Source of the DNA: an uncultured Elusimicrobia bacterium | Lineage (GTDB): Bacteria > Elusimicrobiota > Elusimicrobia > UBA1565 > UBA9628 | Assembly (NCBI GenBank): GCA_903830945.1 | Contig: CAIKVT010000058.1 | Span: 75,487 to 139,486, forward strand | DNA: 64,000 nucleotides | Reading direction: 5' to 3' | Part shown: one piece after another, positions 1 through 8,479 of the stretch | Position numbering within the stretch: the first letter of the stretch is position 1 | Layout: every line of letters begins with the position of its first letter | Notes under the pieces: model-generated | What the model saw: only the letters and a program-made list of their open reading frames with translations | What the model was told of the DNA's origin: nothing | Database searches by the model: none | Made by a program: the position numbers and the translations under genes

Positions 1-1072
1 TGCATTCATCCAGGACTGCCGGTCCCTGGACTTGCTCTGGCCGCCGGAGGTGCTCTGCAAGGCCACTGAGCACATCCCGGAGCAGATCGGGCTCATTCAG
101 AGGTTGGAGGCCAAGGGCCTCATCTATCGTACCTCGGACGGCCTCTACTACGACACGGCCAAGTTCCCCGGTTATAGCCGTCTGGCTGGGGAGAGCCACA
201 TCGCCGGCATCAAGGAAGGCTTTCGCGTGGACGCCAATCCGGAGAAGCGCGGCGCCACGGACTTCGCGGTCTGGAAGTTCTCTCCCAAGGACCAGAAACG
301 GCAGATGGAGTGGGATTCGCCTTGGGGTAAGGGCTTCCCCGGCTGGCACATCGAGTGCAGCGCCATGGCCATGAAGTACCTGGGTGAGAGCTTCGACATC
401 CACTGCGGCGGCGTGGACCACATCCCCATCCATCATTCCAATGAGATCGCCCAGGCCGAAGGGGCCACGGGCAAGCCCTTCGTGCGCATCTGGCTGCATG
501 GCGAGTTCCTGCTCATGAACAACGCCAAGATGGCCAAGTCCGCGGGCGGCTTCGTGACCCTGGCCCATCTCAAGGAGAAAGGCTTCGACCCTCTCGACTA
601 CCGCTATCACTGCTACACCGCGCACTACCGCAAGCAGCTTGACTTTACCTGGGAACTGCTGGAGTCGGGCAAGACCGCGCGCCGTCGTTTGCGCGAGGCG
701 GCCGCCGCGGTCAAGGGCGAGGCCTTGCAGCCCATTACCGCGGAGCTGGACAAGGCTTTCCGCGCTGCGGTCGGGGACGACCTTAACATGCCCGGCGCCG
801 TGGCCGCGGTCTGGGATTGCCTGCGCGGCGGTGCGCCCGCAGGCGCCAAGCGGGCCTTCCTGGAGCAGGCCGAGTCCGTCCTCGCCTTGGGGCTGTTCCG
901 GGATGAGGCCCAGGCTCCTCTGCCGGCGCAGGTGCAGGCCTTGGTCGAGCGCCGCGCCGCGGCGCGCGCGGCCAGGGATTTCAAGCTTTCGGATGAGTTG
1001 CGTAAAGACCTGGAATCGCGGGGCATCCTGGTGGAAGACACCAAACAGGGCCAGCGCTGGCGGAGGAAGTAG
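1..1072 (+). CDS. cysS: cysteinyl-tRNA synthetase, C-terminal part (5' end outside window; track ORF starts at an internal TTG)
   Basis: Frame continuous from window start. HIECSAM...GGVDH...KMAKS (KMSKS-like) class I aaRS motifs and CysRS anticodon-binding region seen in translation. Confidence 0.9.
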   Translation, partial: AFIQDCRSLDLLWPPEVLCKATEHIPEQIGLIQRLEAKGLIYRTSDGLYYDTAKFPGYSRLAGESHIAGIKEGFRVDANPEKRGATDFAVWKFSPKDQKRQMEWDSPWGKGFPGWHIECSAMAMKYLGESFDIHCGGVDHIPIHHSNEIAQAEGATGKPFVRIWLHGEFLLMNNAKMAKSAGGFVTLAHLKEKGFDPLDYRYHCYTAHYRKQLDFTWELLESGKTARRRLREAAAAVKGEALQPITAELDKAFRAAVGDDLNMPGAVAAVWDCLRGGAPAGAKRAFLEQAESVLALGLFRDEAQAPLPAQVQALVERRAAARAARDFKLSDELRKDLESRGILVEDTKQGQRWRRK

Positions 1073-1076
1073 CCTC

Positions 1077-1844
1077 ATGTCCCGCCGTGAACCCCGCAGC
1101 GATGCCCAGTGGTTGAGCGGCTTCCATAGCGTGCTTGAGACCTTGCGCAGCAAGCCGGACAGCGCCAAGGAACTCCTGGTAGCTGCGGGCAGCCAGGGTT
1201 CCGAGATCGAGGAGCTCACAAGTCTGGCCCGGGAGGCGGGGGTGCGCGTGCGCACCGTGGACCGCCGGGAGTTGGATCGGGTCGCCGGCGCGAGCCGCCA
1301 TCAGGGCGTGGCCTTACGCGTTGTCTTGCACGAAGGCGAGTCCTTAAAAGGCCTGCTGGAGCGCTTCCCGCCGGAGTCTCGCAAAGGTCTTGTGCTGGTG
1401 GCGCTCGACGAGATCCAGGACCCGCACAACCTCGGTGCTATCGCGCGCTCCGCGGTCAATCTCGGCGCCAGCGCCCTCATCTTGCCGGAGCGGCGCTCCG
1501 CGCCTGTCACCGGGGCCGTGGTGGCGGCCTCGGCGGGCGCCATTCAGAAGCTTCCCGTGGTCAGCGTGGTCAACCTCGGCCAGGCCCTGGAACGTCTTAA
1601 GGAAGCGGGCTTCTGGGTCTACGGCGCCGATGCCGCGGGCCGTCCGGCTTGGGATACGGTCTTCAACACGCCCCTGGTCCTGGTCATTGGTTCCGAGGGC
1701 TACGGGATGCGTCCTTTGGTGGCCAGCATCTGCGACGAGGTGGTGAGCATCCCGCAGGCGGCCGCCGGAGTCGAGAGCCTCAACGCCTCTTGCGCGGCGA
1801 GCGTGCTCCTCTACGAGGTGGCGCGGCAGGTCAGGACGCCATGA
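1077..1844 (+). CDS. rlmB: TrmH/SpoU-family 23S rRNA 2'-O-methyltransferase (RlmB-like)
   Basis: ATG at 1077 just after the cysS stop. SpoU methylase motifs (LVALDEIQDPHNLGAIARS, VIGSEGYGM). The ORF-track N-terminal extension back to 639 overlaps cysS and is rejected. Confidence 0.8.
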   Translation: MSRREPRSDAQWLSGFHSVLETLRSKPDSAKELLVAAGSQGSEIEELTSLAREAGVRVRTVDRRELDRVAGASRHQGVALRVVLHEGESLKGLLERFPPESRKGLVLVALDEIQDPHNLGAIARSAVNLGASALILPERRSAPVTGAVVAASAGAIQKLPVVSVVNLGQALERLKEAGFWVYGADAAGRPAWDTVFNTPLVLVIGSEGYGMRPLVASICDEVVSIPQAAAGVESLNASCAASVLLYEVARQVRTP

Positions 1845-2782
1845 GCCAGGGGCACGCGCAAGGGCATGCTCACGGTCATGCGCACCACGGCCATCAAGGG
1901 CTCTCCGCGGTCGAGTCTCTGACCTGGGCGCTGGGCCTCACCGCGATCTTTTTTGTAGTCGAGCTTGTGGGCGGATGGTGGACCGGCAGCCTGGCGTTGA
2001 TCTCCGACGCTCTGCATATGGGCTTCGATCTGACCGCCTTGGGGTTGGGTCTCTTCGCGGCCCGGATGGCGCGGCGTCCGGCCGACACAAAGCGGACCTT
2101 CGGCTACCAGCGCGTGGAGGTTCTGGTCGCTTTGCTCAACGGCGTCACCTTGATCCTCATCACCGGCATCATCCTGCGCGAGGCTTACGTGCGGTTCTTC
2201 GCGCCGCAGGATATCAAGGCCAAGGAGATGGTGGTCATTGCGATCATCGGCCTTTTGAGCAACCTGGCTGCCGGAGCTGTGCTCTATCGTTCTAGCCGCG
2301 AGAACATCAACATGAGGGGGGCCTTTTTGCACGTGCTCTCCGACGCTCTGGGCTCCTTGGGCGCGGTCATCGCCGGGGTCATCGTCATGGAGACGGGCTG
2401 GCGTCAGGCGGACCCCGTGGTGAGCCTGCTGATCTGCCTTGGCATCGTCGTGACTTCTTATTGGCTGGTGCGCGATTCGGTGCATATCCTGCTTGAAGGC
2501 ACCCCGTCGCACCTGGAGCTGGCGCAGATCCGCGACGCGCTGAGCGCCTTGCCCGGGGTTCGCTCGGTCCATGATCTGCATCTTTGGTCCGTCACCCGGG
2601 GCACGGAGTCCATGAGCGGGCACGTGGTGGTGAGATCCGACGAGCATACCGCCGCCACCGTGCGCGTCGGGGCCAAGCTGCTTAAGGAGCGCTTCGGCAT
2701 CACGCACGTGACCTTGCAGGTGGAGACTTCGGGGCAACCCGAGTGTGAGGACACGGTCCCGCCGCCGACCGAACCGGAATGA
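1841..2782 (+). CDS. cation diffusion facilitator (CzcD/ZitB-like) metal efflux transporter
   Basis: His-rich N-terminus (HAQGHAHGHAHHGH), CDF TM signature (SDALHMGFD, LHVLSDALGS) and C-terminal cytoplasmic domain. ATGA overlap with the rlmB stop. Confidence 0.85.
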   Translation: MSQGHAQGHAHGHAHHGHQGLSAVESLTWALGLTAIFFVVELVGGWWTGSLALISDALHMGFDLTALGLGLFAARMARRPADTKRTFGYQRVEVLVALLNGVTLILITGIILREAYVRFFAPQDIKAKEMVVIAIIGLLSNLAAGAVLYRSSRENINMRGAFLHVLSDALGSLGAVIAGVIVMETGWRQADPVVSLLICLGIVVTSYWLVRDSVHILLEGTPSHLELAQIRDALSALPGVRSVHDLHLWSVTRGTESMSGHVVVRSDEHTAATVRVGAKLLKERFGITHVTLQVETSGQPECEDTVPPPTEPE

Positions 2783-3417
2783 AGCGAGAGCCTGGCGCGG
2801 CTCTGCTCCTGCTCAACGGGGATGTCTCTGATCCCGCCTTGGTGAGGCGGCTGGCGCGGCGATGCGCTTTGCTGATCTGCGCGGATGGGGGGGCGCGCCA
2901 TGCCGTCCGCCTGGGGCTGCATCCGGACGCGGTCGTGGGCGACATGGATTCGGTACCCAGGCCTTTGCCGCGGTCTTGGCGCGGGACTTCTTTTTTATGC
3001 GACTTTGATGAGGATTCCTCCGATTTCGAGAAGGCCCTGGCCTTCGTCGCGCGCACGGGCTGCTCACGGCTTTATGTGGCGGGGATTATGGGCGGACGGC
3101 TCGACCATGCTTTGGTCAACCTGGCCTTGGCCCGGGCTTGGGGCTGCCGGCGCAGCCTGGTGATGGTAGATTGGGGGCTGGCTGCGATTTTGGGCCCGGG
3201 GCGCTACCGGCTGGGACTTAAGAGGGGGGAACTGCTATCGCTCTTGGCCGCCACGCAGCGGGCCAAGCTGTCCGTCAGCGGTGTGCGCTATCCTCTGCGG
3301 CGAGCCGTCCTGGTTCCTGGAGGCCGGGGTTTGAGCAATGTGGCCCGGGGTGCGGTCTCGTTGACCGTGCATGCGGGCCGGGTCTGGGCCATGGCGCCGC
3401 GCGGTTTTTCCCTGTAG
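2779..3417 (+). CDS. thiN: thiamine pyrophosphokinase
   Basis: Conserved TPK motifs (LICADGGA, GDMDS) and C-terminal thiamine-binding region. ATGA overlap with the upstream stop. Confidence 0.7.
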   Translation: MKREPGAALLLLNGDVSDPALVRRLARRCALLICADGGARHAVRLGLHPDAVVGDMDSVPRPLPRSWRGTSFLCDFDEDSSDFEKALAFVARTGCSRLYVAGIMGGRLDHALVNLALARAWGCRRSLVMVDWGLAAILGPGRYRLGLKRGELLSLLAATQRAKLSVSGVRYPLRRAVLVPGGRGLSNVARGAVSLTVHAGRVWAMAPRGFSL

Positions 3418-3493
3418 CAGGCTTCGGCCCGGATTCCACCATCACCCTCCCTACTCCTCCCACCCCTCCCCAGGGGGGAGAGAAACCTTGCTA

Positions 3494-3524
3494 AATTGGA
3501 TATGCCAATTTGGCATATCCAATT
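3494..3524. promoter_or_regulatory. perfect 15-bp inverted repeat with 1-nt spacer (AATTGGATATGCCAA-T-TTGGCATATCCAATT), candidate operator for a dimeric DNA-binding protein
   Basis: Read directly. Arms at 3494-3508 and 3510-3524 are exact reverse complements. Sits in the non-coding gap at the left edge of the putative island, upstream of the HTH gene. Confidence 0.5.
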
Positions 3525-3570
3525 CCCAAACCGCCGTGCGCGAGTTCATTGCTGAAGACCGCGGCCTGAC

Positions 3571-3650
3571 CTACGCTGGCCAGATGGTCCAAGGCCTCGC
3601 GCAGCCCCGCGTAGCGGGGCTGCAGGCCCTCCTTGGCAATTTTGACAGCG
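3571..3650. repeat. decayed duplicate of the 3' end of the P-loop gene (left boundary repeat of the putative island)
   Basis: 3571-3608 matches 11061-11098 at 35 of 38 nt. Minus-strand translation of 3571-3650 (AVKIAKEGLQPRYAGLREALDHLAS) parallels the true C-terminus of the 11050..12024 gene (AVKAVHEGLREALDHLAG). Confidence 0.6.
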
Positions 3651-3668
3651 CTGTAAATTTATGGTCTT

Positions 3669-3881
3669 ATGGTGAGCACTATGAGCGCTAGGATGATTTC
3701 TACCGAAGAAGTGCTGACTACACCCCAAGTCTGCGGCCTGCTGAAGATCACTCGGCAGACCCTTTACACGTGGATGGAGCAGGGGAGAATCAAGCCCTGG
3801 ATGAAGGCGGGGGGAGCGTCATGGCTCTTCATACGCGACGAGATTATGCAGGCCAAGAATTCGAAATATCAGCGGGCTTGA
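3669..3881 (+). CDS. small HTH DNA-binding protein, AlpA/excisionase-like (HTH_17 type)
   Basis: 70 aa. TTPQVCGLLKITRQTLYTWMEQGRI resembles phage AlpA/Xis-type helix-turn-helix. Start uncertain (3669 or 3681). Confidence 0.6.
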   Translation: MVSTMSARMISTEEVLTTPQVCGLLKITRQTLYTWMEQGRIKPWMKAGGASWLFIRDEIMQAKNSKYQRA

Positions 3882-3916
3882 TATGGCACGAGGCAAGGGC
3901 GCTGCGGCGCAGGACA

Positions 3917-4957
3917 ATGGCCAAGATCCCTGAAGTCCACTTAGAGACCTGGAAGAGCCTTTACGCTGAGGCTCAGCGCTTCTCGCAGTCAAAGCCCTGG
4001 CAGCGCATCGATGAATCTCTCTTCTTCGCTGTTCAAGGCCCAGCCACCGGCCAGATGGGCTACGCCTGCATCCTCGGCTCCTTGGGAGAATTCCTCGCCC
4101 TCTCCGTCTATCGCGGCGCGGAAGGTTTCGGCGCATATCAAGCCATGCTCCTCGACGAGCCCGCGCTCGACGAGGAGTCCGCGTTCAAGCAAGACTGCCT
4201 CATGGCCCAGTTCACGGACAGCAAGTACGTGGAGACAGCCGACCGCAAGGTCATCCGCGCCTTGGGCCTGAAGTTCGAAGGCCACAACGCCTGGCCGCTC
4301 TTCCGCAGCTACCGCCCCGGCTATTTCCCCTGGCACCTGGATCAGCAGGAAGCCGCATTCCTGACCCTCGCATTGCGCTGCGCGTGCGATTGGGTCGAAA
4401 AGCTCTCTTCCAGCACACTCAACTCCGCCGAAGCCCCCGGGCAGATATTCACTTACCTGCCCAAGGCCGGAGGATCTCCGGAACTGTCCGACTACGAGAA
4501 CGCCTGGACGCAGCCGCCCGCTGAAGTCCCGCAGCAGCCGGCAGTGTTGGACCCCGCCCGGCTCGCCAGGCTCCAGGCCAAGCCGCTCAAGAAAGGCGGA
4601 GTCTGGGAAGCGGAAGTCTTCTACCTGCCGATCACGATCGCAGACCAGGACCGGCCCTATCACGCGCGCTTGGTCCTGCTGGTGGACCAGGACTCCGGCT
4701 TCATCCTCCCGGGGGGAGTCATGCCTCCGGGAAAGACCGCGGCCCAGCTCCTGGCGGATGCGGTATTGGGCGCCGTCGAAGAGGTCGGCTGCCTGCCCGA
4801 AGAGATACGGCTGCGCGACAGATCCGTCTTGCCGGCCCTGCAAGCGGCAGGCCAGGCGCTCGGCGTTCACGTGAAGATAGGCCGCTTCCGTTCGCTTCCG
4901 CAGGCCAAGAAGTCCCTGGTGAAAAGATTCGCCAGCCAGGGACGAGGAAACTACTGA
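3917..4957 (+). CDS. hypothetical protein (346 aa), no recognisable domain
   Basis: Long ORF with coding-like composition. Start set at MAKIPEVH (ATG 3917) because the longer track ORF overlaps the HTH gene. No motif recognised by eye. Confidence 0.55.
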   Translation: MAKIPEVHLETWKSLYAEAQRFSQSKPWQRIDESLFFAVQGPATGQMGYACILGSLGEFLALSVYRGAEGFGAYQAMLLDEPALDEESAFKQDCLMAQFTDSKYVETADRKVIRALGLKFEGHNAWPLFRSYRPGYFPWHLDQQEAAFLTLALRCACDWVEKLSSSTLNSAEAPGQIFTYLPKAGGSPELSDYENAWTQPPAEVPQQPAVLDPARLARLQAKPLKKGGVWEAEVFYLPITIADQDRPYHARLVLLVDQDSGFILPGGVMPPGKTAAQLLADAVLGAVEEVGCLPEEIRLRDRSVLPALQAAGQALGVHVKIGRFRSLPQAKKSLVKRFASQGRGNY

Positions 4958-4966
4958 TCTAGGAGA

Positions 4967-5380
4967 ATGAAAATGGCATTAGACCTAAGCAGCCTGCGCA
5001 AAGCCGCCGCCTCTCTCCAGCATGCCCTCAAAATCGCCGCCGCCCAGGCCGGCATGGACAGCGAAGACGTCATCCGCGCCGGCGTCATTAAGAACTTCGA
5101 GTTCACTTACGAGCTCTGCTGGAAGTTCATCAAGCGCTGGCTCGAAAAGAACTCTCCCGAAGCCGACCTCGAAGGCCTAACGCGCAAGGAACTTTTCCGC
5201 ATGGCCGCCGAAAGACACCTCATCAAGGACGTCGAGCCCTGGTTCAGGTACCACGCCGCCCGCAACGAAACCTCCCACACCTACGACTCGGCCAAGGCCG
5301 AAATGATCTTCGCAGCGGCCAAGCTCTTCGCGGCCGACGCCCAGGCGCTGCTCAAGGAACTCGAGAAGCGCAATGATTAA
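4967..5380 (+). CDS. hepT: HepT-like (HI0074 family) nucleotidyltransferase substrate-binding protein, toxin of a type VII TA pair
   Basis: 137 aa. Helical HI0074-type sequence with the NETSHTY region (Rx4HxY-like). AGGAG RBS. The second ATG at 4973 may be the true start. Confidence 0.8.
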   Translation: MKMALDLSSLRKAAASLQHALKIAAAQAGMDSEDVIRAGVIKNFEFTYELCWKFIKRWLEKNSPEADLEGLTRKELFRMAAERHLIKDVEPWFRYHAARNETSHTYDSAKAEMIFAAAKLFAADAQALLKELEKRND

Positions 5381-5684
5381 GGCCACTCCCGCCCAACTGC
5401 GCGCCATCAAGGATATCCTCGCCCGGCATCTGTGCGGGGCCGAGGTCCGGGCCTTCGGCTCCCGCGTCAGCGGCAAGCCCAAGCCATACTCCGACCTAGA
5501 TCTCGCCGTGTTCGCGCTCCAAAAGCTCGACGCGACCAGCCTCGAAGAAACGCGCGAGGCCTTTGCGGAGTCCGACCTTCCCTTCCGGGTCGATATCCTC
5601 GATTGGAACGCGATCTCCGAGGAATTCAAGAAGGTCATCGAAGCCGGCTACGAAGTCCTCCAGAAGTCCGGAGCTTGTAGGTAG
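5373..5684 (+). CDS. mntA: MNT-type minimal nucleotidyltransferase (HI0073 family), antitoxin partner of HepT
   Basis: 103 aa. GSRVSGKPKPYSDLDLAV nucleotidyltransferase motif (GS...DxD). 8-bp overlap (ATGATTAA) with hepT. Confidence 0.8.
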   Translation: MIKATPAQLRAIKDILARHLCGAEVRAFGSRVSGKPKPYSDLDLAVFALQKLDATSLEETREAFAESDLPFRVDILDWNAISEEFKKVIEAGYEVLQKSGACR

Positions 5685-5710
5685 GATAAGCCCGCTTCGG
5701 GCTCGCCGCC
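5673..5710. repeat. 38-bp direct repeat, copy 1 (GCTTGtAGGTAGGATAAGCCCGCTTCGGGCTCGCCGCC); overlaps the last 4 codons and stop of the MNT gene
   Basis: 37 of 38 identical to 9757-9794. Contains the small hairpin GCCCG-CTT-CGGGC. Both copies read ...ACR-stop in frame. Confidence 0.7.
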
Positions 5711-5925
5711 CTTGCCGAAGCCGCCCAGGATCTTCAATTCCTCAATGCGCACAGGCTCCCTCTTCCGCTGCCAGGGGCCCGCAGTCGGTAGGATACAATA
5801 GAAAACCGCCTTCGAGGCGGCCGAGTTCCGGCTCTAGGCAACGGCCAGCCTAGGCGGCTGGTAGGTCATCGTCGCCGGGAGGATTGGTAGACAGATTGGG
5901 TGAAGACGCGACGCTGGGGAGGAGC

Positions 5926-6258
5926 ATGAAACAACTGGATTCATATGAGCAGCTTCGAAAGGCAAAGAGAAAATATCTTTATTTATTATGCGTATTCTTC
6001 ATCACAAATCTCCTATCGCGCATCCTGCCTTGGGAGAAATCGCCGATATTTTCCGGTTTGGTCGGGTTGGTTTTCTTATGCCTGGGGGTATGGTATTTAG
6101 TCTGCACCTACCGCTTCACTAGAGCTTTAGGATACGGCGTCGGCAGCGCAATAGGCTGGTCGGTCCTCTCGATAATCCCCATGACTTATGTCTTCGTCAT
6201 GCTGGCCCTCGTTTGGAAATACAAGAAAATGACGAGTCCTCAGGACAGGACAAGATGA
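5926..6258 (+). CDS. small membrane protein (about 110 aa, 2-3 TM helices), lower GC than flanks
   Basis: Hydrophobic stretches LYLLCVFFITNLL and GLVGLVFLCLGVWYLVC, AT-rich codon usage. Start could be 5884 (track) or 5926 (MKQLD, preceded by GGAGGAG). Confidence 0.45.
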   Translation: MKQLDSYEQLRKAKRKYLYLLCVFFITNLLSRILPWEKSPIFSGLVGLVFLCLGVWYLVCTYRFTRALGYGVGSAIGWSVLSIIPMTYVFVMLALVWKYKKMTSPQDRTR

Positions 6259-6604
6259 ATGCCCTCCGAAGTCGGCCGAGCCCGCCTTCTGCAATTATAA
6301 ATCTGGGTCCCTGGCGGGACAAAGTTAGAACCTGGCTGACCCTGGAAGACACGTCCTGCTTCTCAGCCCGGGTAGATGCCCTCGTCCAGAGGAATCCCTC
6401 CCTGAGCACGATGTTAGCAAATCGGTAAGCGCCGCTGATGGGGTGCCCTGAGGGGGGGCCAAGTACCAGACATTTTTCCCCAGCTCCGTCCGCGCCCTCG
6501 CTCCCTCCGCCCTCGCCGTTGCGCCCAGCCCCCGCTGATGTCATCCTTGACGCCCCCACGATCCCGACGACACTGGCATCCCCCGTGGCTAAACTGTATC
6601 ATAG

Positions 6605-6635
6605 CGACTGCGGGCACCCTCCGGGTGCCCGCAGT
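6605..6635. other. perfect 14-bp-stem / 3-nt-loop GC-rich hairpin (GACTGCGGGCACCC-TCC-GGGTGCCCGCAGTC) in a 580-bp non-coding stretch
   Basis: Read directly. No U-tract on either strand, so not a canonical intrinsic terminator. 5774-5790 shares CCCGCAGTCGG(T/A)AGG with its right half. Confidence 0.5.
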
Positions 6636-6840
6636 CGGAAGGGGGGAGGTCGGAGGGATGATGCTGGCGAGGCGAGGGGCTCGAAGCGGGGTTATTCTAT
6701 CTACAATCATCCGCCCGCATACTCCAGGCGGAGCATAAGGGCGGAAGGGGGGGACTCCAGTGGCAAAAGCGAAGCGTGGCTATCGGCTCAAAGTGCCGTT
6801 ATCCTTACCTACGTGCAAGAAAGAGCGCAACCTATTGCGA

Positions 6841-7386
6841 TTACTTCCAAGCGGAAAAAAATCCCCAGGCGGCAAGGCTTCCTGACGCAAGCTTGGCAAC
6901 AATCGCGTTGGCGCCCAGAGCATGCACCAGCGCATGATGGAGCAGCCAGGCTGCATAAAACGCGTAGGCGCAAAGCCCAACGGCCGAGAGCCAATGGATG
7001 TTCGCCAATTGCGTCATTCGGACCAACACATAGGCCGGTATCAATAATTGCAAATTCGCGGAAACCCGCATCGCCGTCGGAGCGTCGGTCTTGCCGCCGG
7101 AAACGAAAGCCAGCACCCCGAGGATGCCGGCGCCGGCCAAGACCAGGGTCGCCGAATTGATCGCCGCAAAAAGGAAACCCATCGCGTCTGGCCGCCAATG
7201 ACTCTGCAGCCAGTTGCAGAGATCGAAACCAATCTCACCGGCCGTGTTGTAGACCAGCGATCGCAAGAAGGAATCCGCGTATCCGCCTCCGCGCGGCATG
7301 GCAATAAAATATTTCTTAGGTGATAACAGTGCCGTCTTGGTTTCAATCCAATAATTCCACGGAGACGGCTCATGCACCCAAACCAT
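6841..7386 (-). CDS. integral membrane protein, function unknown
   Basis: 181 aa. Strong RBS (GAGGAGGAGAAATC-ATG). Several hydrophobic helices. Lies in the lower-GC nested segment. Confidence 0.55.
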   Translation of the reverse strand: MVWVHEPSPWNYWIETKTALLSPKKYFIAMPRGGGYADSFLRSLVYNTAGEIGFDLCNWLQSHWRPDAMGFLFAAINSATLVLAGAGILGVLAFVSGGKTDAPTAMRVSANLQLLIPAYVLVRMTQLANIHWLSAVGLCAYAFYAAWLLHHALVHALGANAIVAKLASGSLAAWGFFSAWK

Positions 7387-7398
7387 GATTTCTCCTCC

Positions 7399-8370
7399 TC
7401 AATACGACGCCCATTGTTTATGTTTTGAGTCCACGTGAGTGCAGTCCACAAAAATTGTCCCATAACACGGCGCGCCGGGATCCGAAACATAGCCCCAAAA
7501 GCCCGTATCCTTGACCTTGGCCGGATTCACGCCGCCGCCGGAGCAAACCGCGGCGTCGTAATTGGCAGCCTGAAATCTAAAATTCTGGTGCTCCTTAAGC
7601 AGGGGCTCTACTGGCAACTGAAGTTCGGAAAGCTGCTCCGGATATTTGCCGTTCCTATTCTTATATTGGGACACTGTCAGCCGCATGGTTTTGAGAGACA
7701 TTCTGGTCAAGGCTTCTTGCAACCCAACGTGTCCAGGCCGCACGGTCCAAAAGATTATGGCCAGAGGAAGACACAAGAAGATGGCGCCCAGAAGCTCTCC
7801 CAAAGCCTTTCTTCCGGCGCTAGTCATCGGAAGATAGATAACTCTCGTGCCGACCAGATAATCGTGGAGCGCACGCTTTTGTTTGGTGCAACCCACTAAA
7901 ATGCAGCCGGGGTATAGGCATGTCTGGGCGGCCCAGCGGCCCAGACAGCGGAGGTAAGTCAACGAAGAGCCATCGATGCGGACAATGCGGATGCCGACAA
8001 TCATCTTTCCAATTGTCTGCCCCTGGAAAGTCGCCGGCATCCAAACCCAATCGATCAAGAATATCAGCCAGCTAGCCCATCTAATCCAATGGCTGCTGAA
8101 CGGAACCCCAAACAGAAGAAGAACAGCCATAGGGAAAATCCCAACCAGCGCATCGATAAAATAGGCTCCGGCGCGGACGGCAAAGCCAGCGAGAGATCTG
8201 TCAGCCGTTGCGGCAGCCACGTCAGGAGTGACGGCCGGCTGATCCACCTGATTCAATAATCTGGCATTGCATTTCGTGCAGACCCCGCGGCCTTTGCCGA
8301 GCTCCCTGACCGCGCCGCCGCAATCAGGACAATGGGATAGTTCCGACGCTGCATGACGGGATTTGGCCAT
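7399..8370 (-). CDS. chimeric membrane protein: N-terminal zinc ribbon + RDD-family domain + C-terminal prepilin/pseudopilin-like module
   Basis: CPDCGG...CTKCN zinc ribbon. RDD-like core (RAGAYFIDALV...GQTIGKMIVGIRIV...DYLVGTRVI). C-terminal TM followed by QEALTRMSLKTMRLTVSQYKNRNGKYPEQLSELQ, which resembles the pilin alpha-1 helix and GspG-like NG(R/K)YP motif. Confidence 0.6.
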   Translation of the reverse strand: MAKSRHAASELSHCPDCGGAVRELGKGRGVCTKCNARLLNQVDQPAVTPDVAAATADRSLAGFAVRAGAYFIDALVGIFPMAVLLLFGVPFSSHWIRWASWLIFLIDWVWMPATFQGQTIGKMIVGIRIVRIDGSSLTYLRCLGRWAAQTCLYPGCILVGCTKQKRALHDYLVGTRVIYLPMTSAGRKALGELLGAIFLCLPLAIIFWTVRPGHVGLQEALTRMSLKTMRLTVSQYKNRNGKYPEQLSELQLPVEPLLKEHQNFRFQAANYDAAVCSGGGVNPAKVKDTGFWGYVSDPGAPCYGTIFVDCTHVDSKHKQWASY

Positions 8371-8479
8371 ATTTAAGATTATATTTTATTTTATTTATGC
8401 TCGCGATTAGCGGTCTTTGGGTGCACCCACCCCAGATGGACTTGCGCAATTTAATAATCCTATTATTATCTACTACTCC

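Noticed and set aside
639-1844. 401-aa plus-strand ORF starting inside cysS
   Set aside because: Its first about 146 aa overlap cysS in another frame and are Arg/Pro/Ser-rich low complexity. The real rlmB start is the ATG at 1077 right after the cysS stop.
1811-2737. Numerous long antisense or alternate-frame ORFs inside confirmed genes (e.g. 1811..2737 -, 13361..14353 +, 19244..20263 -, 24271..25431 +, 47709..49124 -, 50410..51465 -, 51273..52340 -)
   Set aside because: Each lies entirely within a well-supported CDS on the other strand or frame. They are Arg/Gly/Ala/Pro-rich with no motifs, the expected stop-codon-poor behaviour of 65%-GC DNA.
3494-3524. Resemblance of TTGGATATGCCAA to a eukaryotic NFI site
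   Set aside because: Spacing does not fit the TTGGC(N5)GCCAA consensus, and the factor is irrelevant in bacteria. Treated only as a generic dyad operator.
6255-6428. 57-aa ORF (MNALRSRPSP...) after the small membrane protein gene
   Set aside because: No RBS, Pro/Ser-rich, within the gene-free structured region. Insufficient evidence to call a gene.
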